Source: Octopus sinensis
Taxonomy: Eukaryota
DNA: 64,000 nucleotides
Assembly: GCF_006345805.1 (NCBI RefSeq)
Contig: NC_043010.1
Coordinates: 40,672,001 to 40,736,000 of the forward strand
Direction of reading: 5' to 3'
Position 1 is the stretch's first letter; each line of letters begins with the position of its first letter. A model generated the notes under the pieces. It had not been told where the DNA came from and did no database searches. It saw only the letters and a list, made by a program, of their open reading frames with translations. The translations under genes and the position numbers were made by a program. This document shows, piece after piece, positions 56,431 through 64,000 of the stretch.

Positions 56431-56864
56431 GCTTTCATTTTATCATTTTTTGTTTAACAATTCATTTTCATAAATTTTAATTATAATGTTCTATGTCCCC
56501 ATGTCTCTTGGTGTCCCCCTCTGTGTCGCCCCTAGTGGGTAATAAAGAATCAACAAATAAAGATACATGTGTGCCTGTTAGCATTTGTGTGTATGTGTAT
56601 GTACACACACACACACACTTCAACTCATCCGCAAATTCTTTTTTCGTTTTTCCTCCTGAAATTTACATATTTATGTACCCTGTTAACTTTCTTGGCTTAC
56701 TTCCTAATACGAAAATATCCATACCGTCCTAATCTAAATACGATTAGAACCCTGGTTCAATAATAAGTAAATAAATATGTACCTTTTGGTCACGTTTGAG
56801 TTTATTGGGGTGAGAGAGAAGTAGGAACGGTGTAATGTTCGAGCGAGGAGTTTAATATTATATC

Positions 56865-57210
56865 TGTTTCTTTATTACCCACAAGGGGCTAAACATAGAG
56901 GGGACAAACAAGGACAGACAAATGAATTAAGTCGATTACATCGATCCCAGTGCGTAACTGGTACTTAATTTACCGACCCCGAAATGATGACAGCCGGATT
57001 TGAACTCAGAACGTAACGGCAGACGAAATACGCATTTCTTTACTACACACAAGGGGCTAAACACAGAGAGGGCAAACAAGGACAGACAAACGGATAAAGT
57101 CGATTATATCGATCCTCGGCAGAATTTGAATTCAGAACGTAGCGGCAATCAAAATACGGCTACGCATTTCGCCCGGCGTGCTAACAGTCTTGCCGGCTTG
57201 CCGCCTTCAT
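56865..57210 (-). mobile_element. SINE family B dimer
   Basis: Two tails (tttctttattacccacaagggg at 56867; tttctttactacacacaagggg at ~57036) with intervening bodies. Confidence 0.85.
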
Positions 57211-57884
57211 TTAATATTATATCTAGCTAAACATTATTCATTGAAGCAATAAATTTCATTGGTTGTTTGGATCTGTAATTGGGGAAGGAGTTATTTACCT
57301 CATCTTCGAAGAGACTTCTATAAAAATAACAATAGCTTCCCTTCAAACATTTTCTGTACCTTTAAAAATGTTTCTTTACTTATCAGGAAATATTTATCCA
57401 CAGCAGAATTTGAAACTGCTAAAAGTCGCCGCTAATGGTTCATTATTTTCACTTTGCAAAAGGTTAATATGCTACATATAATATTTCTGATTTTCTTTGT
57501 TTTTTATGAATTTCGAATTCGACTTCAATTATAAATTTTAGCTTCAAAAAGACTTTACCTATTTCAAATTTTTAATAAATAGTTTGTTTACGTTTAGTTT
57601 TAATTTTACAATATTGCGGTACGAGAAAGGCGTCTTCAGATTGTTTCTTTTAGGTATGTTATAAATATCATATACAAATTTTTATCTTCTTATAAATTCT
57701 TAATTTCTTGGTATATGTTGTGAAAAGAATATTTAGTTAAAGCAATGTTTTTTTAAAGATAATATTTTGTGAAAAACATGTTTTAAAATGTAAATTCGAA
57801 AACATTTGCCAATCTCTTTTTTTGAGAAGCTATAAATTGGTGCTACTTTGTATAGGATTTATAATAATGAGCTTATTATTTAGG

Positions 57885-58265
57885 AAGCACTCCGTCGGTT
57901 ACGACGACGAGGGTTCCGGTTGATCCGATCAACGGAACAGCCTGCTCGTGAAATTAACGTGTAAGTGGCTGAGCACTCCACAGACACGTGTACCCTTAAC
58001 GTAGTTCTCGGGGATATTCAGCGTGACACAGAGAGTGACAAGGCCGGCCCTTTGAAATACAGGTACAACAGAAACAGGAAGTAAGAGTGAGAGAAGGTTG
58101 TGGTGAAAGAATACAGCAGGGATCACCACCATCCCTGCCGGAGCCTCGTGGAGCTTTAGGTGTTTTCGCTCAATAAACAATCACAACGCCCGGTCTGGGA
58201 ATCGAAACCGCGATCCTACGACCGCGAGTCCGCTGCCCTAACCACTGGGCCATTGCGCCTCCACG
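57885..58265 (-). mobile_element. Mosaic SINE (head shared with 62600 family, tail of family A)
   Basis: Head gtggaggcgcaatggcccagtggttag...aaacacctaaagctccacg; tail ...ccctcgtcgtcgtaaccgacggagtg. Confidence 0.75.
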
Positions 58266-59039
58266 CTTATTATTTAGTGATCTGGTGTACCACAAGTCGT
58301 TTGAAAGATTTGCCTGAGAGCAAACGTACAAGTCAATTAAAGAAAGACAGCAAAGAAAGATTTGTTTTCTTCCACCCACTTGAATATGTTTCATTTCACA
58401 AAGGATTGCTTTAAACGTTTCCTCACAGATGTAGTTTTGCATGTTGATGACGAATATCGCATTCGTTTGGTTTGAAAACTGAATAACAAACAAGATAGAA
58501 GCATTGAAAATAGTATATATATTTTGCTAATGAAATGAATCTAGTGTCTTCACAAGCGGAAGTCGAAACTGCCTCTATGGCAACAGTTTCGTTGAGAATT
58601 GACACAAGAAGGGAACTGTGGAAATTGAATAGATGCTCTTAAAAAAGAATTTAATGAAAGCAAACAATGATGGTGTTTTTTTTTTAACATCTTTTTTTTT
58701 CCTTCCAGTGACCTGAAGATATATTTATATACATTTAGAATATCAATTATCTTCTCTACTAAAAGTAAACGTTCTGAAATTTTGGGGGAGGGGATAAGTA
58801 GGTTATCTCGCCTTCAGTGCGTAACTGGTACTAATTTTATCGACCCCGTAAAGATAAAAGACAAAGTCGACCTCGGCGGGATTTGAACTCAGAACATGTA
58901 ATTAGAATTTAAATTATATTATTCTCACAGTCACGGGTTTTAAGTTCGAACCTCAGCTAGAAATAATAGCCTAACTGAAACGAAAACACATGGGATGTCA
59001 ATAAAAGAAAATTGATTAAATAAAACAATATAGCGGATA

Positions 59040-59640
59040 TACAAGTCCACAGTAGAACGGTGTCACAACACCGTTTATTCCCTCGCTTAAGACAAACCCA
59101 AGTCCTTTCTACATGTTGTATATGGGTCCCGTCTTGCGAGTTTATAAACTCAACGTTCTGTAGCGAAATTGGTACCCTGGTATCTCAGTAATATGTAAGT
59201 ATGCACGCCACAAGTCGCTTTAAATAGCTCATCCTGACAATTGAATGTTGAATGGAATCTTAGCGGGTGTTTTACGATCTCAGGAATTTACGGCGGAAAC
59301 AAAAACTTCTCGAGTTTTGCGACGTACACTGCCAAAAACTCTGTTCGGGTAGCAGTTTTTGACCCCGGTTGTACTTTCTTCTCAAACAGACTGTTTCGTC
59401 TATTTCAGCAATTCCACTAGAACCACCAGTCTTCATTGGACTGCGGAGCACATCATCTGCGTAGGCCTTCCGTAAATATTTTTATAATCTACTGCCGCAG
59501 TTACACCAGTCCCTAGTTCATATCCTCACAAAACCTAGTTGTTGTTAACTCTGAGCCAGCAGTAGATAAACAAAATAATACTTCTGAACGGGATGATTCA
59601 CCCTTCTAGTCATGTGCCTCTTCTAATAGACACAGTCTCT
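59040..59640 (-). pseudogene. Merlin (IS1016/ISXO2-like) DDE transposase relic
   Basis: Minus frames give GGSSGIAEIDETVCLRRKYNRGQ, VFGSVRRKT, SDLWRAY and DGTHIQHVERTW, all Merlin signature blocks in the expected order. Confidence 0.8.
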
Positions 59641-60585
59641 CAACATCCTTTTAAAATGATTAATGAAACGAAGTTGCTATGACAACAAAGAGTTTCTACA
59701 TCCAGTGTAAGGTAAGCGGTTTAAAATCTATTGGCTACAAATGCCTAACTTTAAATGCGTCTAACTTTATTAAAATTTATCCAAAATAATGAACGCGATA
59801 TTTGTCACCAGCACGCAAAATCATATCAAAAGTACATTATTTGAAATTTTTCAGATTAAAATTTGTCATTAAATGAAAATGATCCGAGAAAGCTAGGGTT
59901 AGAAACGTAGTACACAGACTAACAAACAAGAATAGAGAACAGTGTGTACAAGCAAGCCAGAGGTAGTATTGGCGAATGCTTCTATAGCCATATATATATT
60001 GATTTACAGTTGTTCGTTGTTATCTAGACACGTACGTTAGTTCGTATGAATACTTTATATTTTTGTGTATCAAAACATAAGTATTTGAAGGTTTACAGAT
60101 ATAAATCATTTAATCATACAAAATCTCAAACTTCTAGATATCATCCATACACACGTCAGCAGAATTCGAATTCCGTTCAAGAAAATATTAAGAGCAAATT
60201 CATGTTAGTCTTTAGTCTTTGTGGGAGCCGTAAATAATGGCTTGTATCAATGCAGCTATAAATATTTAATTTCCCATTTATTCATTGTCTGAGATTTGTG
60301 TATATGTGTATACTCAATGATTTACATGAATTTTTTTACTTCGTTCCTTTTATCTTCCGAAACTTCAGAATTCTTCAGGATTTGTGCAAACATACCACAT
60401 ATTAGCAACAACAAAAAATGCAGAAGAGAGTGAATATTCGATATCTACTATGATTGCAATGGATTTTGCACGATATACCTTATTCAGTTCAATCATTCAG
60501 CTGGTAGACAGTCTAAATATTATGGTGTTGTTGCTCAAATAAGTTCCAGTGATGACCTATGCGTCTCTCTGTCTCTCAAACTCTG

Positions 60586-60757
60586 TGTAGGCGCAGGCGT
60601 GGTTATATGGAAAAAAGCTTGCTTCCCAACGACATGGTTCCGGGTTCAGTCTTACTGCGTGACACCTTGGGCAAGTGTCTTCTACTACACCCTCTGGCCG
60701 ACCGAAGCTTTGTGAAAGGATTTGATAGATGGAAACTGAAAGAGGCCCGTCATACAC

Positions 60758-60790
<33 letters not shown>

Positions 60791-60960
60791 ATATATATTA
60801 TAATATACATGTGTGGTTCAGTGTTATCTCACCAATGTGGAGATAAGCATAACCTATCGGTTCGACAAAATAAATTGATAGTATACGTACTAGGTTTACA
60901 AAGAATAGGTCTTGGGGTCGTTTTCTTCGACTAAAACCGTTTCAGACGGTGATCTAGCAA
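60586..60960 (+). mobile_element. SINE family C
   Basis: gtaggcgcaggcgtgg...gggttcagtc...ccttgggcaagtgtc. Confidence 0.85.
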
Positions 60961-61530
60961 TCAAATTACTTAAACAAATAAAAGAATATATGTATACGCG
61001 CGTGTGTGTGTTTGTGTGTGAAGCGTTCCTACAGAATAATCGAAACTTATTTGGTGTACCAAAATATGCAATTTCTCAAGCTGTGTAAGTTTTCTGAAAT
61101 TGTTGATTACGATTATGAGGAAAAAAGATACGGGAGAGGTTTTTATCCTCATAGTTCTTTTCGAAAATGTTTTCCAGATTTGTTCTATAAGATTAAAAAC
61201 AAAAAATTTTAGAGGAAACTCAAAATTAATATTTAGAGAAATGCATCCTACCACCAACATTTTAATTTTTTTCCACTTGAACAATTGTAATCTACGATAC
61301 ATAAATAAAACCTGAACATCTTGATATATGGGTTTACAGTTTCTTTTGCACAACGGATTAATTTTGATTATATATATATATAATTTTGATCATATATATA
61401 TATATATTATACACACATACACACATCTATATATATACATACACACACACACACACACATCTATCTATCTATATATATATATATAAACACACACACACCA
61501 CACACACACACACACACATCTATCTCTCTA

Positions 61531-61584
<54 letters not shown>

Positions 61585-61590
61585 TATTTA

Positions 61591-61690
61591 TTTAAAGCAG
61601 CAGAAAATTCAACTAAACCTGTTACTCTGAGTTTCCCGGCAACGGGAAACTCAGAGTAACAGGTTTTGTTGAATTATCTACTGCTTTAAA
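61591..61690. repeat. Near-perfect hairpin, 48-bp arms, GCAA loop
   Basis: 3 mismatches between the arms, loop at 61639-61642. Confidence 0.9.
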
Positions 61691-61763
61691 TAAAGCATAT
61701 TACTCTACCATTGGTATTTGAGTACTCTTTTTTCCACCTTGTTTCACATTGTGTTTACTCCGG

Positions 61764-61764
<1 letters not shown>

Positions 61765-61795
<31 letters not shown>

Positions 61796-62405
61796 TCTCT
61801 ATATATATATATACACATGCACACACATCTATATATATACGCACACATCTATATATATATACACACCTATATATATATATACACACATCTATATATATAT
61901 ATATACACACACATCTATATATATATATATACACACACATCTATATATATATATACACACACATCTATATATATATACACACACATCTATATATATATAT
62001 ACACAAACATCTATATATATATATACACACACATCTATATATATATACACAAACATCTATATATATATATATACACACACATCTATATATATATATATAC
62101 ACACACATCTATAGATATATACACACACACATCTATAGATATATACACACACACATCTATAGATATATATACACACACACATCTATAGATATATATACAC
62201 ACACACATTTATATATATATACACACACACATTTATATATATATACACACACACATCTATATATATATACACACACACATCTATATATATATATACAGAC
62301 ACACATCTATATATATATACACATACACATCTATATATATATATATATATATACATACACATCTATATATATATATATATACACACACACATCTATATAT
62401 ATATA
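61765..62405. repeat. Minisatellite of ~20-24-bp compound units (acacacacatctatatatatat)n
   Basis: Roughly 30 variant units read directly. Confidence 0.9.
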
Positions 62406-62599
62406 TATATATTATAATTAAGGGTTAATTGCAACAACTTGCTCAAAACCACATACCGAAAATATTAGAAATAGCAGTCAAATTGATCACTATTTCCTTT
62501 TCGTTATTTTCTTCCTTTTTTGCCATATACAGGTTACAAATTCTGTTTGTTTGTGGAGACTTTTTATTAGTAGAGGAAATAGTGATCAATTTGATCAAT

Positions 62600-62872
62600 G
62601 TGGAGGCACATGGCCTAGTAGTTAGAGCAGGTACCGTGGGTTCGAATCTCAGACCTGGCGATGTGTGTGTTTATCAGCGAAACACCTAAGCTCCACGCGG
62701 CTCCGACAGAAGGTAATGGCGAACTTCTGCTGACTCTTTCGCCACAACTTTCTCTCACTCTTTCATCCTGCATCTTGCAGCTCACCTACGACGGACCGGC
62801 GTCCCGTCCAGATGGGGAATCTATACGCCAAAGAATCCGCGAAACCCTATGAGCTAGGCACGGCTCGAGAAG

Positions 62873-62875
<3 letters not shown>
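62600..62875 (+). mobile_element. tRNA-headed SINE with V-SINE-like 3' motif
   Basis: gtggaggcacatggcctagtagttag...gggttcgaatctc and gaccggcgtcccgtccag. Confidence 0.7.
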
Positions 62876-62918
<43 letters not shown>

Positions 62919-62919
62919 C

Positions 62920-63210
62920 GATAAACGTAAGTCAGTATCAATGGTAGTTCCAGAAATTCCGAGCCGGAAACTACAGTCAAAAAGATGAGCCTCGTCCTGC
63001 AAGATCTGGAGAGCTCAACCAGGACGTTTACCAGACAGTTGTAAGAGCATTGTAGAAAATGAAGGACAGTATATTTTAGATTAAAAAAGAACTTCATTTT
63101 TCTTTATTTTGAAAAATAAAAGTATTTTAAAAAAACCGCATTATTTATGGGATGACGCAAAATATTAAATATATTTTAACTGTGGTGCCTGACTTTTGAT
63201 TCACACCCTA
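62920..63210 (+). mobile_element. Tc1/mariner 3' fragment
   Basis: Ends ...KSIVENEGQYILD*, a typical transposase C-terminus, followed by a TIR-like acttttgattcacacccta. Confidence 0.5.
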
Positions 63211-63833
63211 TATTCTAACCCGTTTAATATCAAAGCTAATAAAGTGTGATTCGAGAAAGACTTTTGACTAGTATTCTTAGAAGATGAATGGATTGTCCCT
63301 GTTTCTTCAATGATTTTCGTTGCTGATTCAGTAATGTTCGTTTATTGAACGGAGATATATCGGGAGGTGTTCAAACCATGATCGCCCACTTTTTTGTTTA
63401 AGAGGCTGTTTGCAGAATTGCATTATCCTAAACACATAGCTTTTCATTTTCTCAACCAAACAGGGACTTCTTGGCAACTTTGATATTATATTAGTGACTT
63501 GTTTCAGTTACTGGACTGTGGCCATGATAGAGCACCACCTTAGGCTTCTTTTTTATATATAGATTATGGTCGGCGTTCATCTTACACCGCATCAGATAGG
63601 TTATTACCAAAGGCGTTTTAAAAGAGAATTATTGACTATATTAGTTATTTTGAAGTTTAGCTATTTCTCACAGAGACTACACGCAGACGTGCTTGTTCCT
63701 TTAATGGCGCCAGTTGTATTGTATATACAGGTGACTTGATTACAGATTGATCCTATTTGCTTAGCACGATTTATCTTGGAACACTTTGTTCGTGTCACAA
63801 AAGAAATTCTTCAGATTAGGATTTGCGTTTTAC

Positions 63834-63872
<39 letters not shown>

Positions 63873-64000
63873 TGTTGCCATATGAGAATATTCTAAGTTA
63901 GTAAATGCACACACATATATATATATATATTTATGTGTGTGTGTGTATGTATATGTACATAAGCACACATATTTGTGTGTGAGTGTGTGTATATATATAT

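Larger units (their letters stand above)
54001..56552 (+). mobile_element. ORF1-only non-LTR retroelement, head-to-tail dimer, 18-bp TSD
   Basis: TSD acaaataaagatacatgt at 53983-54000 and 56553-56570. Copy 1 spans 54001-55564 and the 5'-truncated copy 2 spans 55565-56552. No RT or endonuclease motifs seen. Confidence 0.8.

Overview
AT-rich, repeat-dominated animal genomic DNA, with no rRNA, genuine tRNA or CRISPR array and no convincing host protein-coding exon. The dense (TA)n/(CA)n/(GATA)n/(TAA)n microsatellites and tRNA-headed SINE families look like a coleoid cephalopod, probably Octopus (inference). Nearly all long ORFs in the track are microsatellite translations. Recognisable content is transposon-derived: several SINE families, mariner/Tc1 copies (one full-length with TIRs and TA TSD at 52387-53657), a Merlin transposase relic, non-autonomous Helitrons, R4/Dong-type and CR1/L2-type LINE 3' ends, Penelope-like fragments and MITE-like palindromes. 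Three observations stand out. (1) A ~541-nt non-coding unit carrying a type I hammerhead ribozyme occurs at two loci as different circular permutations (30841-31784 and 41041-41640), a retrozyme-like signature. (2) An ORF1-only (zinc-knuckle, no RT) retroelement is present as a head-to-tail dimer inside a single perfect 18-bp TSD (54001-56552). (3) Its 3' tail is shared with the tail of the most abundant local SINE, which also forms head-to-tail multimers. All alignments and folds were done by eye and coordinates of decayed elements are approximate. Many 1-nt indels may be long-read consensus errors.
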